Below, one piece after another: positions 53,438-64,000 of a DNA stretch of 64,000 nt. Made by a program: the position numbers and the translations under genes. Each line of letters starts with the position of its first letter. Positions within the stretch are counted from its first letter, which is position 1. Source of the stretch: Octopus sinensis (Eukaryota); assembly GCF_006345805.1 (NCBI RefSeq), contig NC_042999.1, positions 95,294,001 to 95,358,000 of the forward strand, given 5' to 3'. The notes below the pieces were generated by a model. It saw only the letters and a program-made list of their open reading frames with translations, was not told where the DNA came from and searched no databases.

Positions 53438-53826
53438 TGTGTATGTATATATGGATGTATTGATGTATCACTTTTAAGTTTATCTCTATAGATTTTCTAT
53501 AGAGTTCAAAATTAGCATTGCAAATTACCACATTTCATAAATAAATATGTCTATGGAAACAATGTGGCCAAAGATGTACAATAAAACGGGGTTTGAGTGT
53601 GTATGTATATTTCAAGAGTTATTGCTCTTTCATCTGCACCACATCCAACCCATTAACTATTCTTGAATACATTGCTTAATTACTCACTAAGTTTAGCAGT
53701 GTAGCACAATTAGATAGACCAATTTGCATATTAAATACCATTCTAACAAGTGGCACATGCACATTAATTGCTGGCAAGGATACAACCATAATTTACTACC
53801 AAGTATATTACAAGTTAATGTTGTGT

Positions 53827-54116
53827 CTTACCCTGTATTAGCAGTACAATATCCTCACTTTTAAATTTATCTCTATAGATTTTCTATTGAGTTCATGGAT
53901 AGTTCATGGCTTGGATGTGGTGCTGATAAAAGAGCAATAACTCTTGTAATATGTATATACACCCATTATTAAATGTTACAATCTTCGATTTCATTGTCTA
54001 TATAGATGTGTTCATTTATGAAATGACATAACTTACAGTACTGACTCTGAATTCTATAGAAAATCTATAGCGATAAACTTTAAAATGAGGATATTGCACT
54101 GCTAACACAAGGTAAG
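53827..54116. mobile_element. MITE with ~70-bp TIRs; a partial inverted copy lies at 53468-53672
   Basis: cttaccctgtattagcagtacaatatcctc.. / ..gaggatattgcactgctaacacaaggtaag. Confidence 0.85.
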
Positions 54117-55679
54117 AGACAGTATTGACTTTTAAGCCTGTAATATACTAGATAGTATATTATGGTTGCAAAACGAAATACTGTGTGCTTGCCGGCAATT
54201 TATGTGTGTGTGTGTGTATTTATGTATGAATAAAGTGTGTGTCTAACAAAATGTACTTCATAGAATTATGTCACTTTATGCCAAAGGTGGATTTATTCAT
54301 GAATAAATAGATATAAATAGATATTATAAAATGAAATGCCTGACTATGTAGAAAACCCCTTGAAGGTACTGCCTCAGTATAATTGTAGACCAAAGACTGA
54401 AACCAGTGAAAGCATAAAAGAATATAATTCCACAAAAACGTTCACATAAATGCAAATGAATGATACTGACTAAACTGTAACAAAGACATCAGTCATTGTT
54501 TGTATTTGGCTGTGTGAAAGAAAAACACCTTTGTAATAACACAAAATCATAAATTGACAGGGAGGGTTATAGTTAGTTACAGTACAACCAATTCATGAAT
54601 GGTACTGTTTTATAAAGTTTACGAAAAGCAAAGTCAAACCTTGATGATATGAATTCTCAAAGTGATGAAACTACAAATATTGCAAGTTTATTTGTATGAT
54701 GCTCTACTCTTACAAACATTCCACCATTTTTGAAATGTTAAGAAAATCTTGCATACTGCGCTATGAATACTATTTTATAAAATGAATTAATGCCATATGT
54801 TTATATGGCAGTATATTATCTTATAAATGGAAAGAATGATCCTATATTAAAAAAACAGAGGAAAGTGGAAATGTGGCGTTCATAATTTTTGCAAAAGTGT
54901 TATTCATGTAAGTGAGGTGAACTGGCTTTGACTAAGAAGTGAAAAAAGTGCCCCAGAATTGACATAGATTGCATTTTTGCCATTAAATGAAATTGTAACT
55001 ATGTTTAAATATTGTAAAAAATATGAAATATGTAGTAATGTATAGTAGTACACTCTAATGTAGTACAAAACTGTTCCAACCACTTCAAATTATCACTATA
55101 TAATTTACATGTGTTGAAATCAAGGAAGTAGACTCATAGAAATTCAGAAAATAATTAAGATAGTTTTGGATTGATCAATTACTGGATTAGTTTGATAACT
55201 TTTCTTTCATCAGCAAGACATACTGGGTGAGATAAATGAAATATTTATACAGACTCACAGAAAAGCACATGCAAAACTGTGATGATGCATTAATATCCCA
55301 AATATATACGCATCGAATTTCACAGTCCACCACAACACGTGTAAATTATATAGTGATAATTTGAAGCAGTTGGATAGATTTTGCATCTATCTTCAGCAAA
55401 TAGGCACTGAACCCTTTTGTACCCTTAATTATAATTGTACTTTATACTATTATAAATCTTTATATATATATATAAATCAACAATAGTGTTCAATGAGATC
55501 CATGATGGTAGAATTTGAGCAGTATAAAGTTCCAATGGTAATCTGGGTGGAGTGGTGGTAAATTAGTTCAGGAGAGATGGCAGAAGTCCAAGAAGAAGGT
55601 AGGAAAGAAAATGAGAGTACAAGAGAGGATTTCAGTTAGGCAAGATTAAACTGGATTGACCACATGAGTGGGCAACTTT

Positions 55680-55880
55680 TAATCCAGACGTCTTTTTTTT
55701 TTGTCCCTCCATTTTTACCTTCTCTCTATCTGTTTTCCCTTCTCATTCCTTTCTTTAGAAGAGTGTAAGCTTGAAATATCAAAGACTCCTTCCATTTTTC
55801 TTAAGCATCAAAATAATGCACCTTGTTTTTGTACTCTCACTTGTCTCAGTCTATTGTTTTTTGTATAATTTTGAATCATA
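55680..55880 (+). mobile_element. PLE-like repeat with hammerhead-like motif (copy 3, most decayed)
   Basis: cctttCTTTAGAagagtgtaagcttGAAATATCaaag. Confidence 0.45.
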
Positions 55881-56408
55881 TATATATACATACACATATT
55901 GAAGTTATGAGAGGTAATGGTGTCAAGAAGATCCAAAGGTGTCAGGTAATGCTGAGTAAGTGCTATGGACAGACTATAGCTAAGCTCCAGGTTCGGTGAT
56001 TATGCGAATGAGGAGTCCAACGTAGGTCATATATCAGCATGCGTATCGATAAAAATCTTTCGCAGCCTTGGATTTTTATTTCATTCTGTTAAATTTATAT
56101 ATACAGTATATATATATCATGTGCAAACAGTATGCTGAATGCATTTTTACCGATGGACAAGAAGCCAAAACCAAGATGCTGAATAGACACAATGCTGAAT
56201 GGACATAAAGCCAAATGGACACAATTAAAAAAAAATACATTCCTACATATGCTTAATATATACCTATTGTTTTAAGGGAATTTCATTCTCTAACAATATT
56301 AAGTATCGAACCAGTATTTCTCTGGATGTAATCATCCCTTCATGAGTTTAATATATTCTCTAATTAAATTTATGTATATATATATATATATATACAAACA
56401 CACACATA

Positions 56409-57625
56409 CAGTGTGTGATGGGTAAATTGTCACCATTAGATAATTTTTATTTCATGCAGTGTTTGTTTTTGATTTTGTCAACTACACAGCATAGTAGGGT
56501 CAGTTGGACACTGTAAGAAAAACACCACTATGACACAATTCACTCTGCCAGTAATTTAGAAACAACATCTTGTACTGCTTGGCATTTGTACTGGAAGCTC
56601 CAATACGAGGATTTCAGAGTGTTTGGGTGTCAATTTGAGGACAGTACAGAGGATTCGGAAAGTGCTAGATGAGTCTAATGGTGATTATGAAGGTACGGCA
56701 ACTCGGAAAACTCACTCTAATCATTCTGATAAGAAAAGAACTACTGAATTTGCTGGTGAGATCCAGGTTACGATTGAAAACGATCCTTCCAAGTCAATCA
56801 GGTCCATTGCCAGGGACATGAGAGTGACTGAGTTTATCAAGCAGGTAGTGCATGAAGACATTCAGTATTTCTCATAGAAGATGAGAAGGGGCCAATTTTT
56901 ATCCTAAGCTATCGAGGACAAGAGGAAAGACTGTGCTACAAAGTTTTTGAACAAACTCAAGCATCTCTTCCAACTGAACATGCATTGGTTTTTCTCAGAC
57001 GAGAAAAATTTCTGTCAGGATCAGAACAACTGTTGGCTTGCTGTGTTCCCAAATCATGTACCAAAAGTGATAAAAATCAAACATCCAGTCAACATCATGG
57101 TGTTTGGAGTGATCACTATTGATGTTATTTCTCCATTCATCTTCCCACATGGCCTCCGATTCAACACAGAGGCCTACATCAAGTGCCTGGAGGAGGTAGT
57201 GCTGCCCTGGGTTAAGAGGGTGACTGCTGGAAGACCCTATGTCTAGCAACTGGACTCTGCATCATGCCACACAAGCAGGAGAACCCAGTCATGGCTGTCA
57301 GACAAGTTCTGTAACCACATCACCCCTAACATTTGGCTACCTAACTCCCCAGTCTGCAAACCCCTTTATTATGTGTAGGGTGCAGTTGAGCAAGGAAGGC
57401 AAGGATTAGGGCAGCATTCACCAACTTAAACAAGAAAACTGTCCAGAAGAGTTGCAGGAGATTCCAAAGTCGTCTGGAAGCTGTGGTTGAAGTCAATGGT
57501 GATATTAGTGAATAAATTTACTTTTTAGTATTTCAAAATATTTCTATGTAATTTTGGTAAAATGAGATGTCAATGTTATTTTCATTTTTGGGTAATTTAG
57601 ACAACAATTTATTCACCGCACCCTG
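56409..57625 (+). mobile_element. Tc1/mariner maT (DD37D)-like transposon, pseudogenised, TA-flanked
   Basis: WFFSDEKNFCQDQ, KHPVNIMVFGVI, GRPYV*QLDSASCHTSRRTQSWLS..NIWLPNSP. Imperfect TIRs TA|cagtgtgtgatgggtaaattgt and acaatttattcaccgcaccctg|TA. Confidence 0.9.
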
Positions 57626-57640
57626 TATATACATATTTGT

Positions 57641-57678
<38 letters not shown>

Positions 57679-57769
57679 TGTGTGTGTGTGTGTGTGCATG
57701 CACGTGCACATGTGTGTCTGTGTGTGTATGCATGTGCACATGTGTGCACATGTGTGTGTGTGTGTTCAT

Positions 57770-58000
57770 GTATCATCATCATCATAAATTAACCCATACT
57801 AGCATTGGATGGATGATTGGGAGGAACAGGTGAACCAGAGGACTGCACTAAGTCCTACTGTCTGCTTTGACAAGGCTTCTGTAGTTGGATGCCCTTCCTA
57901 ATGCTAACCACTTGACAGTGTGCATCAGCATCGGTGAGATCACTAGGGGAAGTTGTATTGAGAGAAATGGATTTGTGCCCATTTATGACAGAGGGACAGA
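57770..58000 (-). mobile_element. RTE 3' UTR copy
   Basis: catcatcat tail with ttggatgcccttcctaatgctaaccac. Confidence 0.7.
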
Positions 58001-58848
58001 AACAAGTATCTTGCTGTAAAGAAAATACATGGTTACCCCAGTCAAAGGAGAGAGAAAGCGAGAAGATATGTATGTGTGTGTGTGTCTGCTGCTCTCTTGA
58101 GCTTACATTTGTGGCACAAGGCCTTCTTAACAGGGCATGTCCAAATACTACTTTGCTGCGTATCTAGCAGTCAGCCCTTCTCAGGCCTAGGGTAGTAGTA
58201 CTCTTGATAGGTATTACCATCAAGGACCAGAGTAGCCCTAAAGGTAGTGGTAACGAAGAGGAAATATTATGCTCACCAAAAATGCATCTACTCTCAAGCT
58301 GGAGCCTTACCATCAGAAGCAGTTTAATATCTTACCCAGAACAGCAACAACAACAACAACACGTGCATGCATGGGGAAGTTATTAAAGTAAAATTTTATC
58401 ACAAATATTGTAGGAAAATATCTTAATAACCATTTCAAATCTCAACTAAAGTTATAAGGATGCTGATCATATCTAAAATGCATTTGTTTATAAGTTCCTT
58501 GAAGCTTTCCATGATGTGTATTATATGGCACATCAGCCATCAAACATATACAGGCTAAAATAGACTTTGGTTACTGGAAGTAAGTGAGAAACAATAATAT
58601 TCAACAGGTAGGTAAAATCTAAAGGTTATGGAAATTTTTACTAAGAAATTTTGACTCAAAAGAAGCTAATATATAAATAGAAATATGTAGCTGAATGCTA
58701 TGCAGATAGAGCAAAAAAGCTTTTCATTTTATAAATAAGTGTCTAAAATATAAAAAAACTATATGTTGTAAATAGTTTTATGAAATAAAGATAGAATGCT
58801 GAAAGGTGACAGTTTGAGATATGGTCATATTTTTTTAACTCTGTGTGT

Positions 58849-58879
<31 letters not shown>

Positions 58880-58881
58880 CA

Positions 58882-58916
<35 letters not shown>

Positions 58917-59467
58917 TGTGCAGCAAAATGAAAGAGTACAAATGTAGTGTGAATAAGTACCATGTTCTATCACGTGTGTGATGTTTATATGCTTAGGCTT
59001 GAAGTAGGTGTTAGCTTAAATCGTAAAAGCACAAATTATTTTCAGTATCTCAGAGTTAACTAACTGATCTGTTTCTTTTAAAATGTTTATTAGAGTTCTA
59101 TGCATCTAGTATTTATTGGAGGTAGGAACATTGCCAAAGTTCTGTTAATGGTTTTAGTGATCAGTTCAAGAATAATCACTAATTATATTCATTGTTGTTA
59201 AATTATAACTAGCTGAAAGTTATGACAGAAGCTTATGAGTCACGTAATTTGTGTTTAATAATAGAACATATCCTTAGCAAATACATAAAGTAAACTATTG
59301 ATGATCATATGAATACTTATATTTTGTAGCAATTTTTTGATTAACTAAGTATATTATTTATTGTTTTTATAAAATATATAATATATATTTTGAAATATTG
59401 AGTATCTTTTCTCCCTGCATGAAAGAAGAAATACTATGGTTTTTTAAACTATTAAGATATATATACA

Positions 59468-60362
59468 TATCATCATCATCATCTTCATCATTTAACGTCC
59501 GATTTCCATGCTACCATGGGTTGGACGATTTGACTGAGGTCTGGTGAACCAGATGGCTGCACCAGACTCCAATCTGATCTGGCAGAGTTTCTACAGCTGG
59601 ATGTCCTTCCTAACACCAACCACTCCAAGAGTGTAGTGGGTGCTTTTACATGCCACTGGCATGAGGGCTAGTCAGGCAGTACTGGCAACGGCCATGCTCA
59701 AATGGTGCTTTTTATGTGCCACCTGCACAGGAGCCAGTCCAGCAGCACTGGCACCGACCTCGCTTGAATGCTTGCGCTTGCTGAGTCATCTCAAGCACAG
59801 CATATTTTCAGAGGTCCCAGTCACTAGTCATTGCCTTGGTGAGGCCCAGTGTTTCAAGGTCATGCTTCACCACCTCATCTCAGGTCTTCCTGGGTCTAGC
59901 TCTTCCACAGGTTCCCTCAACTGTTAGGGTGTGGCACTTTTTCACACAGCTTTCCACATCCATTTTCACCACATGACCACACCAGCGCAGTCGTCTCTCT
60001 TGCATACCACATCTGATGCTTCTTAGGTCCAACCTTTCTCTCAAGGCACCCACACTCTGTCGAGTATGCACACTGACATTACACATCCATCAGAGCATGC
60101 TAGCTTCATTCCTTGTGAGCTTACGCATGTCCTCAGCAGTCACGGTCCATGTTTCACTGCCATGTAGCATGGCCGTTCATACACATGTGTTGTACAGTCT
60201 ACCTTTTACTCTGAACGAGAGGCCCTTTGTCACCAGCAAAGGTAAGAGCTCTCTGAACTTAGCCCAGGCTATTCTTATTCTAGCAGCTACACTTTCAGTG
60301 AACCCTCCCCTTCCACTGACTTGGTTATCTAGGTAACGGAAGCTATCAACTACTTCTAGTTT
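59468..60362 (-). mobile_element. 5'-truncated RTE LINE: ORF2 C-terminus, 3' UTR and (GAT)n tail
   Basis: EKLEVVDSFRYLDNQVSGRGG..ESVAARIRIAWAKFRELLPLL..MQERRLRWCGHV..GRARPRKT. Confidence 0.92.
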
Positions 60363-60369
60363 TTCTCCA

Positions 60370-60408
<39 letters not shown>

Positions 60409-60412
<4 letters not shown>

Positions 60413-60860
60413 GTGTCACATAACTGGTACCTTGCCGGTGGCATGTAAACAGTACCTTTTGAGCATTGAGCCTCACAGAAGCTATGTGGCCACTGCTGGT
60501 GTCACATAACTAGCACCCATGCTGGTGGCACAAAAAATGTACCTCTCGAGCATTTGACCTCACAGAAGTAACGACAAATGACCAAGACCTTTGGCAGTAT
60601 GTTGTGCTTGAGAAGAAGACCCATCAAGCCAGCTAAAGTTGTAGTAGTGGCAGATACTGGTGTCACACAACTGGCACCCATGCCAGTAACATGTAAAAGC
60701 ACTCTCGGAGGGGTTGGCATTAGGAAGGGCATCAAGCCATAGAAACCATGCCAAATCAGACTGGAGTCAAGTGCAGCTCCTCAGCTTTCCAGCCCTGGTA
60801 AAACTGTCCAACCAATGCCAGCATGGAAAACAGATGTTAAATTATGATGATGATAATTAT
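60409..60860 (+). mobile_element. RTE 3' UTR copy, inverted relative to its neighbour
   Basis: ggttggcattaggaagggcatc...ccagcatggaaaacagatgttaaattatgatgatgat. Confidence 0.8.
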
Positions 60861-62158
60861 AATGACATATATGCCACAATTCCCACCGATGGGGCTTTGG
60901 AACATGCCAGCAGTGTATTAACTGCCGGCACTGTTCCATTTTTCTTCTTTTTTATAACTTCCACCATCGGTGGCACAATTCCCACTGACGAAGTTTCAGG
61001 ACATGCTGGCAGTGCACCATCAACTGAACCGACCATTTTCAAGAAATCCAACAATACCAGATCTTTGGCTGATTGGGTTCACTGGGTCAAAACTGTTTTT
61101 GACCCCACCCAATCAGCCGAAGGCAAAACTTTTACATTGAGGAGCTTGGCTCCACTGCCACCCAGACCCCGGCAGATAGTGTCCTCTATCCACTCGGGTT
61201 CTAGTCTGGGTGGCAGCCTACAGACCCAAGCTCTTGTTAATTTCTTCCCACAGTATGTGGGAAGAAACAGAATCTTTTGCCCTGGCTCACAAACTTGTGA
61301 GCCACTTCAGGGGTGTCAAACAGCAACCACACCATTGCATATTTGACCCCCCCCCACTGGAGATGAATTTAATAGTTGGCAGATATTCTGCCAACTCGTT
61401 TTCAATTTCAACTTTGGGAAAGACTGTAATGGTGTCAAGTGACTTAGAATAAGTCCTCAACACCACCGTTCTCTCATTTAAGTCTTTTAACCACTGCTTG
61501 GGTGGGACAATCTCCCACTCCAACACAGAGTCCTGTTTCTTCATCATGTTCTTGGAAGAAAACAAAGTTCAACATAAAGTCACAAAAAGAAAAAAACAAG
61601 GAAAGAAAATAGTTCAAGAAAAAGAACAGTTCAAAATAATAAAGTCACAAAAAAAAGAAAGAGGAAAGAAAACATTTCAAGAAAAAAAGTTCAGAAAGAA
61701 AGTCGCGAAACAGAAGGAAAACAGTTCAAAAACACAGCATACACAAATTTTTCTGCCACTAGGTAGGTACTCCAGTCCAACAGGTATTCCAAAAAAGGTC
61801 CTCCAAAAAGGTATTCCAGGGTCACAGCAGCAGGAACACAAAAAAAATCGGGAAGCAAGCTTCTTACCACACAGCTATTCCTGTATGGAATATAGCTTAT
61901 AGTGAAATTGGAGGGAAGGTTAAAGGTTGATAGCTTGGTGAAAGATATAATACATACATATACTGAGGACAGGAAAGAGAGAAAAAATATAAAGAAGAGA
62001 AAAATTAGAGAGAATGAAAAAGCAATGCTCAAACACACAGACACAGTAAAGGCTATAAACATAATGAGAGTATAAATACACACAAACACAAACACACACA
62101 TACATGCATACACACACTTGAATGCATAAAATATGTATATATATATATATAGATATAG

Positions 62159-62192
<34 letters not shown>

Positions 62193-63242
62193 CTCCTCTC
62201 TCTCTCTTTCTCTCTCTCTATATATATATATACATATATATATGTTAATAATAATAATATGACAACAAAAGAATGAATGAGACCTTGATATTATGTAAAT
62301 TAGAGGAATTTATCTATAAATATATGTGACAATAGCTGAAGACTGTTCTAGCATCTCATCAGTTATTAAGACAAATGCTATGAAGAAAACTGTTGAATAA
62401 AAGCAAAGTAATACTTCAGTCATAGAATCCGCATATGCACACATATACATACACACACACACATTTATGTATATAAATATCTATATACCTACTCACACAC
62501 GTGTGTATATATACAAACACACATATATACATATGTCTTTGCATACACGCACATACACATGTATAATATACCCATGCATGCATCACTACACTCATATACA
62601 CATTTCTACATGCACACACACATATATATATGCGGATATACAAAACGTAGTTTATATGCACATGCATACACAGAAAGATGCTTATACAAATAAAAACATA
62701 TGCAAACACACATGCATCATTATGTTCATATACACATCTCTATACACATATATACATACATACGTGGATATACCAAACGTAGTCTATACACACATGCACA
62801 TACATATGCAGATAGACGTATATACAAATAAAAACATATATGCAAAAACATAAACTGTTAAACATTCACATTCGCTGCAAAATTTGAATATATAAATGAG
62901 ATATATATGTATATACACAAATACACCCTCCTGTCTGTCAAACACATCTACACCTGCAGATATATAAACGTACATACATACGTATATGTATGAAGGAAGG
63001 AGACAAGTACAACAGGTAGAGTCTTGCACTCATATATACATATGTGCAATCATTTGTGCACCTGTATTAGGCACACACATACACATTAGGTATATACTAC
63101 ATGCGTATAAGTTACACAATTATAAAGGGTGAAAAATAATAAACAAAAGAAATATATAATGTGATAAAATATATATAAGAAATATATGAGATGTTAAGAC
63201 ATATGAAAGGCTTGTATGTGGACATAATATAAAAAGCAGGTT

Positions 63243-64000
63243 CTATCTGTGATCTTGGGGGGTCCAAAACCATAGCAAATGTTTTGCCGTATGTTGACAT
63301 GACCCAAAAAGTTCAGTTCTTGAATTTAGACATGTAGCGGTGTCTAAAGAACTTTTCCAGATAAGCCAGCTTTCCATATCGCAAAGGTCGTGCTTTTTAC
63401 TGCTGTTGGTGTAAGGCTTACACTTGGCCAAGATCAGCCAGTGAATCTTATAGCGGACACCTTTTTCTTTTAAGGACCATATATAAGTGGATAATTTAGT
63501 TGTTTTCATTTTATTCCAGTGTCTGAAGCTTAAGGTGTGATCGTTGAACTTTGCTGTAAAATTTCCCTCTGTGAGACCCACATATTTCTTTGACGAAACT
63601 ATGTCCTTAGTGGTTGCAGAGTCTACGATGGCTTCATAAATGATGGCCTTGGTCATACAAGCTCCATTTAGCGGGCACAAATTTTTAACTCTGCAGGAAC
63701 AGCCAGCTTCATTTTGTTGTTTTTGTGTGTTGTGCGCAATTATATTTTTAAAGTTAGTAGTAGAACTAAAACTAGTTTTTAAGTGGTGCCTATTAAAGAG
63801 CTTTCTATAATTATAATTGATTGGAAAATGCCTATCTATAAGTGATAAGAAATATCTACCTATATTAAAAGTGACTTTGAAGGAGTAAAGTGGTGTGAAC
63901 CAGATAATTTTCCTATTCCTATTTTACCTTTTCTTTGTTATAGGACTAATAACAGGTGTACAGGTTATTTCCTTGCTAAAACTACTATATTTTAAAGCTT
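63243..64000 (-). mobile_element. Penelope-like element ORF 3' part with GIY-YIG endonuclease, running off the right edge
   Basis: One frame with a single stop: ..KR*NRNRKIIWFTPLYS..NIGRYFLSLIDRHFP..KLFNRHHLKTSFS..CSCRVKNLCPLNGAC..IIYEA..KYVGLTEGNF..HTLSFRH..TKLSTYIWSLK..NSRTELFGSCQH. Confidence 0.92.

Noticed and set aside
60714-61346. Longest ORF in the track (210 aa, +)
   Set aside because: It is a chimera of an RTE 3' UTR and the antisense strand of the adjacent element, with no recognisable domain.
62356-62362. CTGATGA on the minus strand (also at ~5204 and ~44474) as further hammerheads
   Set aside because: There is no GAAA or stem II closure downstream.

Overview
AT-rich, microsatellite-dense animal DNA, most likely an octopus or other coleoid cephalopod (inferred from repeat families I recognise, not from a search). 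One host coding exon is supportable: 26314-26445 (+), which carries the start of a still life (sif)/Tiam-type Rac GEF, MGNKFCGPLLKKNYRHESYPWNIRKDSHLL. I found no next (WH1-domain) exon in the remaining ~37.5 kb, so most of the window is probably intron or 5' region of this gene. The rest is a layered graveyard of mobile elements: RTE and CR1 LINEs, Penelope-like elements (PLEs), Gypsy pol remnants, mariner and maT-type transposons, MITEs, a Helentron-like element and tRNA-derived SINEs. Nearly all ORFs in the supplied track are TE fragments or microsatellite read-throughs. There is no CRISPR array, operon or other prokaryotic system. The most unusual signals are: (i) a TSD-flanked palindromic element joining tRNA-derived heads to a decayed minimal hammerhead-ribozyme motif (8122-8768); (ii) a three-copy hammerhead-like family with T at the normally invariant A6; (iii) a possible core-intact antisense hammerhead 2 kb upstream of the sif exon; (iv) candidate microexons and two uORFs around the sif start; (v) many long inverted repeats that could make intronic dsRNA. 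TE boundaries are approximate and were read by eye.
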